DNA from: Ferruginibacter sp.
Lineage (GTDB): Bacteria; Bacteroidota; Bacteroidia; Chitinophagales; Chitinophagaceae
Length of the DNA: 64,000 nucleotides
Assembly (NCBI GenBank): GCA_044226725.1
Contig: JBGAGM010000002.1
Location: 115,819 to 179,818 of the forward strand
Direction: 5' to 3'
Made by a program: the position numbers and the translations under genes. Below, piece by piece: positions 1 through 8,803 of the stretch (the first letter of the stretch is position 1; each line of letters opens with the position of its first letter). The notes below the pieces were generated by a model that saw only the letters and a list, made by a program, of their open reading frames with translations, made no database searches and had not been told where the DNA came from.

Positions 1-222
1 ATTGACTTTCTTCCCTTCAATCGTGATGCTGAAATCATTTTTATCAACCGGTATTTTTTCACCGCCCGGCGCCAGGTAGTTCCACCCGGCAGGATTGATG
101 TCGATTTTGTAGGCTTCCCATCTTTCGGTATCCAGGTTCCTTTCAATGTTGCTGGCACTTTTATAGGATATAACTGCTTCTCCGGAATAACCCCCGGTAA
201 TCAATGCTATTTTTTTCTTCAT
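1..222 (-). CDS. ddl: D-alanine--D-alanine ligase, N-terminal 74 codons (gene runs off the window start)
   Basis: Own translation from ATG at 222..220: MKKKIALITGGYSGEAVISYKSASNIERNLDTERWEAYKIDINPAGW... This fits the conserved Ddl N-terminus (IAxxxGGxSxExxVSxxSA). It is absent from the ORF track because it is truncated by the window edge. Confidence 0.7.
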   Translation of the reverse strand, partial: MKKKIALITGGYSGEAVISYKSASNIERNLDTERWEAYKIDINPAGWNYLAPGGEKIPVDKNDFSITIEGKKVN

Positions 223-337
223 CTGGAATGCTAAAGGTTATTTTACAAAGAAACGAAATATCAATCAGGGATAACAATTTTTAGTTGCAGGGAGCGGTTT
301 TTAAATTGATTTAACATTTTATCAACCAATCATATAC

Positions 338-817
338 TTACTGTTCGGGCATGCTATCACCTATACCTTCATTGCCACTATCCAAAACATATTTCCAGGA
401 TCCGCTTTTTTCTTTTTTCCAAATACTTACATAGGTGCCATAGATAACAGTATCGCCCGATGAAGGACGCAGGGCATAAATGCCATAAGTATATCCCAAC
501 TCACCTGATTTGGCAATTACGCCGTTTTGTGGTTCCCAGGTAAGCGTATAATCGGTATCATTTTGCTGTATCAGAAAATCAACAGCATCAGCGCCGGCAA
601 TGGGCAGGTGGCCAGGTCTCAGTAAAACACCATTACTGTCAAGGTATTCAATAAATGCATTCTTCATTCCCTTTTGCTCACTCAATTTTGAGAATTGCCT
701 GTCAGCATCCATCAGTTCCATTTTGGCAAATGCATCAGCTTTGTCTGTCTTGTCATTTCCGGTTTTACAGGAGCAAAAAGAAAGAACAAACACAACAACA
801 AGTAAAATTCTGTTCAT
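338..817 (-). CDS. Small lipoprotein, NTF2-like/DUF4440-like fold
   Basis: The ORF 338..898 contains an internal ATG at 817 giving MNRILLVVVFVLSFCSC, a lipoprotein signal with a lipobox Cys. The remainder resembles SnoaL/DUF4440-type small proteins. Family assignment is from memory only. Confidence 0.45.
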   Translation of the reverse strand: MNRILLVVVFVLSFCSCKTGNDKTDKADAFAKMELMDADRQFSKLSEQKGMKNAFIEYLDSNGVLLRPGHLPIAGADAVDFLIQQNDTDYTLTWEPQNGVIAKSGELGYTYGIYALRPSSGDTVIYGTYVSIWKKEKSGSWKYVLDSGNEGIGDSMPEQ

Positions 818-960
818 ACAACAAATTAAATCAAATACCCGAAAGTAAAAAGGCGAAAGTATTGTACAATACCCTCGCCATGTTGCAGGAAATATCACCT
901 GCCTGTTACAGGCCTTTCAGCCTTAAAAACTCTTTCTATTTTCAGTCGTTTGATCAGTCC

Positions 961-1308
961 TCAAATATGCATTTTGTCTTTCTTCGCTATCAGCTGATCC
1001 ACTGTTTCAACATACATTTCATCAGGCACACAGCAATCTACCGGGCAAACTGCAGCGCATTGCGGTTCTTCATGAAAACCCTGGCATTCGGTACACTTGT
1101 TAGGTGTTATGTAATAAATATCCATACTTACAGGTGCCTGGCGCTGGTCAGCATCCACTACTGATCCATCCATCAAGGTAAACGAACCTTTAACACTGGT
1201 TCCGTCTGATATTGCCCATTCCACGCCGCCTTCGTATATGGCGTTATTTGGACATTCGGGCTCGCAGGCACCGCAATTGATACATTCTTCTGTGATCTTT
1301 ATAGCCAT
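961..1308 (-). CDS. 4Fe-4S dicluster ferredoxin
   Basis: There are two cluster motifs: CINCGACEPECP near the N-terminus and CTECQGF...CAAVCPVDC later. Confidence 0.85.
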   Translation of the reverse strand: MAIKITEECINCGACEPECPNNAIYEGGVEWAISDGTSVKGSFTLMDGSVVDADQRQAPVSMDIYYITPNKCTECQGFHEEPQCAAVCPVDCCVPDEMYVETVDQLIAKKDKMHI

Positions 1309-1370
1309 CTATCGTAATTTTGGGTTTTAAACCTCCTTATGGAGGCCAGGTGCAATTTAATAATAACAAA

Positions 1371-2366
1371 ATGAATTTACAAAAACGAATTGAAATTTTA
1401 CAGGCACTCCAAAAATATTTATTAAACAATGAGCAGGATTGGCAGTTGGCCAAATCAAGATCATTTTTTACTAACGGATGGTTTACGGAAGAATTTATTG
1501 ACCTGGCAGTAAAAAATATATGCAATCAGTTTCTGCAAAAAGAAAAACTGGAACAATGGGCTGCCCATTATCATCTCGATGATAATATCAGCGGCCGAAA
1601 TATAGGTATTGTGATGGCGGGTAATATTCCGCTGGTGGGTTTTCACGATTTTTTATGCGTATTCATCAGCGGCCATAAGCAAACAATCAAGTTATCCTCG
1701 AAAGATGATATACTGCTGAAGCACCTGGTGGAAAAAATGATTTCCCTGGAACCCGCACTCAGGGAGTATATCAGTTTTGCCGAAATGCTGAAAGGTTGCG
1801 ATGCCTACATTGCAACCGGCAGCAACAATTCGGCCCGGTACTTTGAACAGTATTTTTCAAAATACCCCCATATTATCCGTCGAAACCGCACAGCAGCAGG
1901 TATTTTGACCGACAGGGAGACTGCAGCCGAACTTGAACTGCTTGCTGATGACGTACACCAGTATTTTGGCATGGGGTGCCGGAATATCACAAGGTTGTTT
2001 GTACCAGTAGGATACGATTTTGTCCCCCTGCTGCAGGCTTTTAACAAATACTCCTGGTTTGCCGATCACCACAAATTCAAAAACAATTACGATTACCAGC
2101 TTTCCATAGCCCTGCTGAATAATATTTTTTACATGACCAATGGTTCTGCCCTGCTGCTGGAAAATGACGCCTTTTTTTCTCCCATCAGCCAGCTGAACTA
2201 CAGCTATTACACGGATGCAAACAAGGTGCTGGAAATGTTGAAAGACAATGAGGACATCCAGTGTATTTGCGGCTTAGGGGGGATTCCCTTCGGGCAGGCC
2301 CAGTGCCCGTCCCTTATGGATTATGCGGATGGTGTGGATACGATGCAGTTTTTGCTAACTTTATAA
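1371..2366 (+). CDS. Acyl-CoA reductase (LuxC-like) family protein
   Basis: The ORF track starts at a TTG at 1320; the ATG at 1371 (MNLQKRIEIL) is the more likely start. The GIVMAGNIPLVGFHDFLCVFISGHK segment and the divergent pairing with a ferredoxin gene are typical of Bacteroidota LuxC-like reductases. Confidence 0.55.
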   Translation: MNLQKRIEILQALQKYLLNNEQDWQLAKSRSFFTNGWFTEEFIDLAVKNICNQFLQKEKLEQWAAHYHLDDNISGRNIGIVMAGNIPLVGFHDFLCVFISGHKQTIKLSSKDDILLKHLVEKMISLEPALREYISFAEMLKGCDAYIATGSNNSARYFEQYFSKYPHIIRRNRTAAGILTDRETAAELELLADDVHQYFGMGCRNITRLFVPVGYDFVPLLQAFNKYSWFADHHKFKNNYDYQLSIALLNNIFYMTNGSALLLENDAFFSPISQLNYSYYTDANKVLEMLKDNEDIQCICGLGGIPFGQAQCPSLMDYADGVDTMQFLLTL

Positions 2367-2606
2367 CAGCAGATCGTAAATTACCCGCCCTTTGATGAAT
2401 GTTACAGCATGAAATTTCAGAGGTATTTCAGTGGGCATAAGGCATCTACGAAACCCTTCCTAATTAATTGTTAAACATGTCAGTTGGTAAATAGCATTTT
2501 GTCATTGCTTCGTTATTTTGCATCAGCAGGCACAGGACTTGATGTATGAAATGCCTGGCAAACAAAAAGTTTACAAAAATTGTTGAACAAATAAAACCTA
2601 AGAAAA

Positions 2607-4148
2607 ATGAAACTCAAGCAGATTTTCGCTACAGTTGCAATCAGTGCAGTAACAGCCCTTGCTGTTATGTGGGGTTATGGTACCTATGTAAAAAGCAGCA
2701 ATACTTATGCGGGGCAGCAAGCTGGCGTTATGCCGGCCAATTATAAATACGCAGGCTTGTTCGATGGAAATACGGCACCTCCGGGTACAGCCGTTGATTT
2801 TACGGCACCAGCAGAAGCAGCCACGCCGGCCGTAGTGCACATCAAAACAAAAACAAATGCCAAACAGGTGAACAACAGTTTGCCCAAAAGGCAGCCCAAC
2901 AATCCGTTCAGCGACCTGTTTGATGATGATATGTTCAACCAGTTATTTGGTGGCCGTGGCCGCAACATCATACCAGAACAACGGGCAAGTGGCTCAGGTG
3001 TTATCATCAGCGATGACGGGTATATTGTTACCAACAACCACGTGGTTGAAAATGCCGATGTGATTGACGTTACACTCAGCAATAAGAAAACATACAAAGC
3101 CAAGGTGATTGGTACCGATCCGGCCTACGACCTGGCAGTAATTAAAGTGGAAGCGGCTGGCCTGCCATTTTTACTTTATGGCAATTCAGACGACGTAAAG
3201 ATCGGCCAATGGGTACTGGCAATTGGATACCCTTTAAACCTGGAAGCAACCGTTACTGCAGGTATTGTAAGTGCAAAAGCAAGGTCACTGGGATTAAATA
3301 AAGACAAGAATGGCGATACAAAATCCGGTGTTGAATCATTTATACAAACAGATGCAGCGGTAAACATGGGTAACAGCGGCGGCGCCCTGGTAGGCACCGA
3401 TGGAAAGCTCATCGGGATCAATTCCGCCATTGCATCACCTACCGGTTACTACTCAGGTTATTCTTATGCCATCCCGGTTAACATTGTAAAGAAAGTGGTG
3501 GACGACCTGATCAAATTCGGAACAGTACAAAGGGGCTTTTTAGGAGTTAGTTATATAAATGCCAGTGATCTGTCGGATGACGACAAAACAAAACAGGGAA
3601 TACCAACCAGTGCGGAAGGTATCTACGTTACTGATGTGCCCAAAGATGGTGGCGCTTACGAAGCCGGGATGCGCAAGGGAGATATCATCAAAAAGCTGAA
3701 CGGTATCGAAATAACTAATGGGGGAGAAATGCAGGGCATCATCAGCCGCCAGAAGCCCGGCGATAAGCTGCCGGTAACCTATATAAGGAATGGAAAAGAA
3801 GGTACGGCCCTGGTTACTTTAAAGAACAAAGTTGGTAATTATGATATCGTAAAAGCTGATGCGCTGATCGAAGCACTGGGCGCCGAACTTACCACGCTTG
3901 ACGCCAAAAAAGCAAAAGAATACGGTGTGCCGGGTGGCGTTATTGTAAAGAAGATAAACGAAGGGGCATTGAACGATCAAACCCGTATGAAAGACGGCTT
4001 CATCATTTTAAAAGTAAATGATAAGGATGTGAAGAATGTGGATGAAATGAAAGCAGCTGTTGGCTCAAGCAAAAGCATCACCATCAGTGGTTTCTATCCC
4101 GGTTATGATGGTGTATATGAATATCCTATTTCGCTGGATGAGAATTAA
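2607..4148 (+). CDS. HtrA/DegP/DegQ-family periplasmic serine endopeptidase with two PDZ domains
   Basis: An N-terminal signal/anchor is followed by a trypsin-like core with catalytic motifs TNNHVV, DLAVIK and GNSGGAL. Two PDZ-like segments follow. Confidence 0.9.
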   Translation: MKLKQIFATVAISAVTALAVMWGYGTYVKSSNTYAGQQAGVMPANYKYAGLFDGNTAPPGTAVDFTAPAEAATPAVVHIKTKTNAKQVNNSLPKRQPNNPFSDLFDDDMFNQLFGGRGRNIIPEQRASGSGVIISDDGYIVTNNHVVENADVIDVTLSNKKTYKAKVIGTDPAYDLAVIKVEAAGLPFLLYGNSDDVKIGQWVLAIGYPLNLEATVTAGIVSAKARSLGLNKDKNGDTKSGVESFIQTDAAVNMGNSGGALVGTDGKLIGINSAIASPTGYYSGYSYAIPVNIVKKVVDDLIKFGTVQRGFLGVSYINASDLSDDDKTKQGIPTSAEGIYVTDVPKDGGAYEAGMRKGDIIKKLNGIEITNGGEMQGIISRQKPGDKLPVTYIRNGKEGTALVTLKNKVGNYDIVKADALIEALGAELTTLDAKKAKEYGVPGGVIVKKINEGALNDQTRMKDGFIILKVNDKDVKNVDEMKAAVGSSKSITISGFYPGYDGVYEYPISLDEN

Positions 4149-4160
4149 TATTAACGGTAG

Positions 4161-4200
4161 TCAATAAAAAAGGGCAACATCTGTTGCCCTTTTTTATTGA
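4161..4200. terminator. Bidirectional rho-independent terminator between convergent htrA-like and amylase genes
   Basis: Perfect 40-nt palindrome tcaataaaaaagggcaaca-tc-tgttgcccttttttattga, with a GC-rich stem flanked by A and T runs. Confidence 0.8.
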
Positions 4201-4203
4201 CTA

Positions 4204-5523
4204 CTATTTTCTCTCAAAAACCAAATAGTCCCAGGGCTGCATTTTTAAAAAAGTTCCCGGCTCCAGGAAATTTATTTCGCCGGTAAATACATTATTGTAG
4301 CTGTTATTGATTAACTGGTCCTTAATGCTGAATCCGGCAGCATCTTTACTCAGATTCAAAAATACCAGCACTTCATTCATATCAGATTTGCGTAAAAAGG
4401 CCATCACCTGCTTAGCTCCTTCTGTGATAATATGAAAAGTGGTCACAGCCTCGTCAGCTGAACGGAGTGCAGGGTTTGATTTTTTCAGGGTTAGCAGGGT
4501 TTTATAAAAATCATGCAGTTTATATTCCCCGTTCCACCCGATCGGGTCTTTCTCAAAAAACTGCAGACGTTTTGGGTTAGGCATTTCCTCCCCGCTGTAA
4601 ATAAGCGGTATCCCATTCCAGGTGCAACTGAAAACAGCAAGGCATGAAAGCATGTCCCCGTATTTTTCAGCCCCCGTACCATTCCAGGAATTCTCATCAT
4701 GATTGCTGGTAAAATACATCCTGTGGGCATTCCCCGGAAATTCAGCATCATATTTTGCCAATACCTGGTAAAGGCTGCTAAAGCTTGCATTCCCTTTATA
4801 AAAATTTTCGGTGCTGTGCATCCACTCCCAGGTAAAACTGGCATCAAATACTTCATGATAGCTGATCTCTTCTGATTCGGCCAGCCAGAAAAGTCCCGGT
4901 TTTAAAGGTTCAATGGCGGTCCTGGCTTTCTTCCAGAATGCTAGCGGGGTAAGATGCGCAAGGTCAGCCCGGAATCCGTCAATATCAAATTCGGTAACCC
5001 AGTATTGCATGGCCCCGATCATGGCGTCCTGCTCTGATTCACTATTATGATCAATTTGTATTACGTCTGTCCAGTCGTAAGGGGTTACAAAATTCCCTGC
5101 TTCATCCCTCACAAAATATTCAGGATGCTCCCCCGTCCACACATTATCCCAGGCAGCATGATTTGCTACCCAGTCCATGATCACTTTCATGCCCAGCTGG
5201 TGAGCCGCCTGCACCAGGTTCTTAAAGTCATCCACAGTTCCAAATTCGGGGTTTACTGCTTTGAAATCAGCAATAGAATAATAACTCCCTAAAGTTCCCT
5301 TACGGTTTGTTTTCCCAATAGGGTGAATAGGCATAAACCATAAAGTTTCCACTCCCATATCTTTTAGCCTTGGCAGTGAAGTGGCAAAAGCATTGAAACT
5401 GCCTTCAGTGCTGTATTGACGTAAATTAACTTCATATATATTGGTGCTGGCTATCCAGTCTGCCCTTTCGAAAGATCCATTGTTCATTTTTATCCGGTTT
5501 ACATTTTCATACCAAATGTACAT
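4204..5523 (-). CDS. Alpha-amylase family (GH13) glycoside hydrolase
   Basis: GH13 conserved regions are present: DWVANH, GFRADLAHL, WLAESEE and FTSNHDE. The start may instead be the internal ATG at 5487 (MNNGSF). Confidence 0.85.
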   Translation of the reverse strand: MYIWYENVNRIKMNNGSFERADWIASTNIYEVNLRQYSTEGSFNAFATSLPRLKDMGVETLWFMPIHPIGKTNRKGTLGSYYSIADFKAVNPEFGTVDDFKNLVQAAHQLGMKVIMDWVANHAAWDNVWTGEHPEYFVRDEAGNFVTPYDWTDVIQIDHNSESEQDAMIGAMQYWVTEFDIDGFRADLAHLTPLAFWKKARTAIEPLKPGLFWLAESEEISYHEVFDASFTWEWMHSTENFYKGNASFSSLYQVLAKYDAEFPGNAHRMYFTSNHDENSWNGTGAEKYGDMLSCLAVFSCTWNGIPLIYSGEEMPNPKRLQFFEKDPIGWNGEYKLHDFYKTLLTLKKSNPALRSADEAVTTFHIITEGAKQVMAFLRKSDMNEVLVFLNLSKDAAGFSIKDQLINNSYNNVFTGEINFLEPGTFLKMQPWDYLVFERK

Positions 5524-5589
5524 ACAGTATCACTAAAATGTTCAACGCTTTACCGGCAACAATGTACCTTTGCATTTGTTATATTTAGT

Positions 5590-6810
5590 ATGAAAAAGTT
5601 TGATGTACCAATCATTTACCGCAGTCCCTTAATTGCAGCTATTAAAAGCAGGCGTAAGGAAATGGATAAAATGAAAAAGGATTTTAGTCCTACCCTGCTG
5701 GATTATGGCCCCCTTAAAATATACCTGGCCCGTCATTTTGGTTTTTGTTATGGTGTTGAAAATGCCATTGAAATCGCTTTTCGTACCATCGAAGAAAATC
5801 CGGGAAAACGGATATTCTTATTAAGTGAAATGATACACAACCCCCAGGTAAATGCAGACCTGCTGGCCAAAGGGGTGCAATTTTTACAGGACACATATGG
5901 CAAACAGGTTATTCCTTTTGAATCCTTAACGAGTGACGATATTGTAATTATTCCTGCATTTGGCACCACACTGGATATTGAGGCAAAACTTACTGGTATT
6001 GGTATTGAAATTTATAAATACAATACCACCTGCCCCTTTGTGGAAAAAGTATGGAACCGCAGTGAACAGATAGCCAGGAAGAATTACACCGTGGTGGTAC
6101 ATGGAAAACCCACCCATGAGGAGACAAGGGCCACTTTCTCTCATGCATCTGCAAATACACCCACTATTATTGTTAACGATATACAGGAGGCGATTAAATT
6201 GGGGAAATACATCAGTGGTGAAAATGACCCTTCATTATTTTCTGCTGACTTCAAAGGAAAATATTCAGATGGTTTTGATATTTTCAAAGACCTTCAGCGC
6301 ATAGGTGTGGTTAACCAAACCACTATGCTGGCCAGTGATACACAGGAAATAGCTGATCACCTTAAGCAGGTTATGCTTGCAACCTTTAAGCCGGAAAACA
6401 TAGAAGACCGTTTTGCTGATACCCGTGATACGTTATGTTATGCAACCAACGACAACCAGTCTGCCGTATACGGGTTGCTTGAGAAAGAAGCCGATATGGC
6501 CATCGTAGTTGGCGGGTATAATAGCAGTAATACCACTCACCTGGTAGAACTATGCGAAGCAAAACTGCCGGTCTACTTTATAAATAATGAAGAAAAGATA
6601 CTTACCGGCAACTCAATATTGCACTACGATATTCATTCAAAAACGGAGAAACTTACGGAAGATTTCCTTGCGGCCGGTAAGCCGGTCACCATTTTAATGA
6701 CAAGCGGGGCCAGCTGTCCCGATGCGCTTGTGGAAGGCGTTATCAATAAACTGAAAGAAATTTTCAATGTAGATAAACCGTTTGAAGATATCCTGAAGAT
6801 CGCTGGTTAA
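5590..6810 (+). CDS. ispH: 4-hydroxy-3-methylbut-2-enyl diphosphate reductase
   Basis: FGFCYGVENAI, TCPFV and NSSNT motifs carry the three cluster-binding cysteines typical of IspH/LytB. This is the long Bacteroidota-type form. Confidence 0.85.
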   Translation: MKKFDVPIIYRSPLIAAIKSRRKEMDKMKKDFSPTLLDYGPLKIYLARHFGFCYGVENAIEIAFRTIEENPGKRIFLLSEMIHNPQVNADLLAKGVQFLQDTYGKQVIPFESLTSDDIVIIPAFGTTLDIEAKLTGIGIEIYKYNTTCPFVEKVWNRSEQIARKNYTVVVHGKPTHEETRATFSHASANTPTIIVNDIQEAIKLGKYISGENDPSLFSADFKGKYSDGFDIFKDLQRIGVVNQTTMLASDTQEIADHLKQVMLATFKPENIEDRFADTRDTLCYATNDNQSAVYGLLEKEADMAIVVGGYNSSNTTHLVELCEAKLPVYFINNEEKILTGNSILHYDIHSKTEKLTEDFLAAGKPVTILMTSGASCPDALVEGVINKLKEIFNVDKPFEDILKIAG

Positions 6811-6823
6811 GATCAAAAAAAAA

Positions 6824-6845
6824 CCTTGTACACGACAAGGCTTTT
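6824..6845. terminator. Weak hairpin terminator after ispH
   Basis: ccttgt-acacg-acaagg followed by ctttt and preceded by an A9 run. The stem is short, so confidence is modest. Confidence 0.4.
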
Positions 6846-6873
6846 AAGGTAATTATTAGAGGTAAGAAAAAGG

Positions 6874-8031
6874 TTAGTTAAGTTTCATTACTTTGGTTTT
6901 TAAGCTACGTGTGCTGCTTACCACTTCAATATAGTAAACACCTCCGGGCAAAGCATCTACTTTTTGTATAGTTATATTATTATCACCAACCTGGGTTTGT
7001 GCATCCTGGCTGCTCATTAAAATGCCGTTGCCGTTGATAATATTGATCGCCACTTTTTCTGCTTTATCCGAGTTGATGCGTATCTGCACCCTTTTACTGA
7101 ATGGGTTGGGATATACGATCATTACACTGATACCTTTAATATCAACATTTACCATAATGGTTTTACTATAGGTATAATTCCCGTTATTATCCACCATTGC
7201 AAGCCTGTAGTAGTTAGTACCACGCTGCGCTGTTATATCCAAATAACTGTAATTAGCATTGCTGCTTAGCTGGCCGCTGGCTGCATTAGATCTGCCTATC
7301 TGTCTGAAATTATTGCCATCGGTGCTTCTTTCAATATCAAAGTGATCGATATTGATCTCCGAGTATGTGCTCCAGGCCAGCTGAATAATACCATCTGAGT
7401 AATTACCATTGAATTGATTGACGATTAACGGCAACACCACTCCCGGTGCGTTCTTTATGCCTCCGTCTATATCTTTCCTTACATCACCACCACGCAATAC
7501 AAAAGGCCTGGTTCTGCCCGATATGGTATCGGATTTACTGTTTACGAATTGCATGATACTGTCTGTTACGAGGTTGGTATATGCATAATTGGGTGGTATA
7601 TTACTAAACCCAACCACAAATGTTTTTGAACCACCATCAGGAATATCGATCTTATTGAAATGATAATAGCCTGAGTCGTCAGTATATTTTGAGTCAAGTA
7701 CATTCAGCAATGAATCGTACAGCACCACTTCAATATTAGGCAAACCTGGTTCACCGGCATCCTGGATACCATTTACATTATTATCGATCCATACAAAATC
7801 TCCCAGAGAGGCAAATTTATTAACACTTACAGAGTCCTTTACTGCCTGTGCTGAATCTGAGACTATAGCTGCAGAGTCTTTCGAAATACTTGTATTTACG
7901 CCGGGAAATGTTGATTGGGCCTGAGTTTGGGTGATATTGACCGTCATCAGCAGAATAACCATAACAAAAAGATGCAGTGCTTTTACGAAGCCTGCTTCTT
8001 TTATTTTTTGTATGGTTTTATTCTGTATCAT
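6874..8031 (-). CDS. Secreted protein with an SdrD B-like domain and a T9SS C-terminal sorting domain
   Basis: N-terminal signal/anchor; GDFVWIDNNVNGIQDAGEPGLPNIEVVLYD is the SdrD-B/Cna-B-type repeat signature. The C-terminus (VYPNPFSKRVQIRINS...GGVYYIEVVSSTRSLKTKVMKLN) looks like a T9SS type A CTD. Confidence 0.75.
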   Translation of the reverse strand: MIQNKTIQKIKEAGFVKALHLFVMVILLMTVNITQTQAQSTFPGVNTSISKDSAAIVSDSAQAVKDSVSVNKFASLGDFVWIDNNVNGIQDAGEPGLPNIEVVLYDSLLNVLDSKYTDDSGYYHFNKIDIPDGGSKTFVVGFSNIPPNYAYTNLVTDSIMQFVNSKSDTISGRTRPFVLRGGDVRKDIDGGIKNAPGVVLPLIVNQFNGNYSDGIIQLAWSTYSEINIDHFDIERSTDGNNFRQIGRSNAASGQLSSNANYSYLDITAQRGTNYYRLAMVDNNGNYTYSKTIMVNVDIKGISVMIVYPNPFSKRVQIRINSDKAEKVAINIINGNGILMSSQDAQTQVGDNNITIQKVDALPGGVYYIEVVSSTRSLKTKVMKLN

Positions 8032-8730
8032 CTCAGGTTTTAGCTTTTGGCTTTATTTTTTATTTATTTACTGAAGTTGCTGTAAACTGATTTCATCCCG
8101 GTTGCATGATTTGTTCTGACTGGCAGCAAAACAGGTTTTACATCAGTCTTGCTGAAGCTATCAGCAAACCCCAAAAAGAATAATATTTTTTTTGATGATA
8201 AGAAGATCCTGGTTGCATACAGGAAATGTAACAGCAAAAAAATACCAGCATGCAATGCAGGTTGTATTGCAGTAACTGATAACTTATAAAAGAGTCCCCG
8301 AATTAATGGTTCATTCTTTTCGGTTCTCTTGTGAGTAGAATTTTTATTCATTTTATTTTCTTTCAGAGGTTTGATCCCTTGGGGGATATTATCTGGTTTT
8401 CAAAAATAAAAGAATACTGGATCGCTTTAAAGCCTTGCCAACTGATATTTTCATTACGATCCTTACAAGTAGTTGTAGAGAAAAGATTTGAAAAAGCCTC
8501 CTGGCAAATCGATTGAATTGTGTAATAACATAATCCAACCTTACTTAAAATAAGGGAGAAAACACGTGGAAGTAAGTAAAATTACTGTCGTTAGGGGATA
8601 CAAATATATAGAAACAGTTTTTACATTTCCTAATAATTTTAAAAATATTTTCCTCAGGAAAAAAAAGCTGGCCCACAAATAATTAACTATCAAATATTTA
8701 GAGACTCAAAAAAAAAATGGCTTTCCCCAA

Positions 8731-8760
8731 AAAAAAGAGCCCCCCGGTTAAGGCGGGGGG
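8731..8760 (-). terminator. Rho-independent terminator downstream of the 811-aa surface protein gene
   Basis: 7-bp GC stem ccccccg/cgggggg (8740..8746 and 8754..8760) with a 7-nt loop. On the minus strand it is followed by a T-run. Confidence 0.75.
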
Positions 8761-8803
8761 ACATCTTTTGCTTGTGCTTGGTTATCGAAACTCTTATTAA
8801 AAC

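Noticed and set aside
2367-2606. Intergenic regions (also 8352..8803, 17780..18027 and 21546..21787) scanned for tRNA or other small-RNA genes
   Set aside because: No cloverleaf-compatible stems and no conserved T-loop (GTTCRANYC) or D-loop boxes were seen.
8064-8351. 95-aa minus-strand ORF in the long gap upstream of the 385-aa surface protein gene
   Set aside because: No recognisable motif. It lies in an AT-rich promoter-like region and its composition is atypical, so it cannot be supported from sequence alone.
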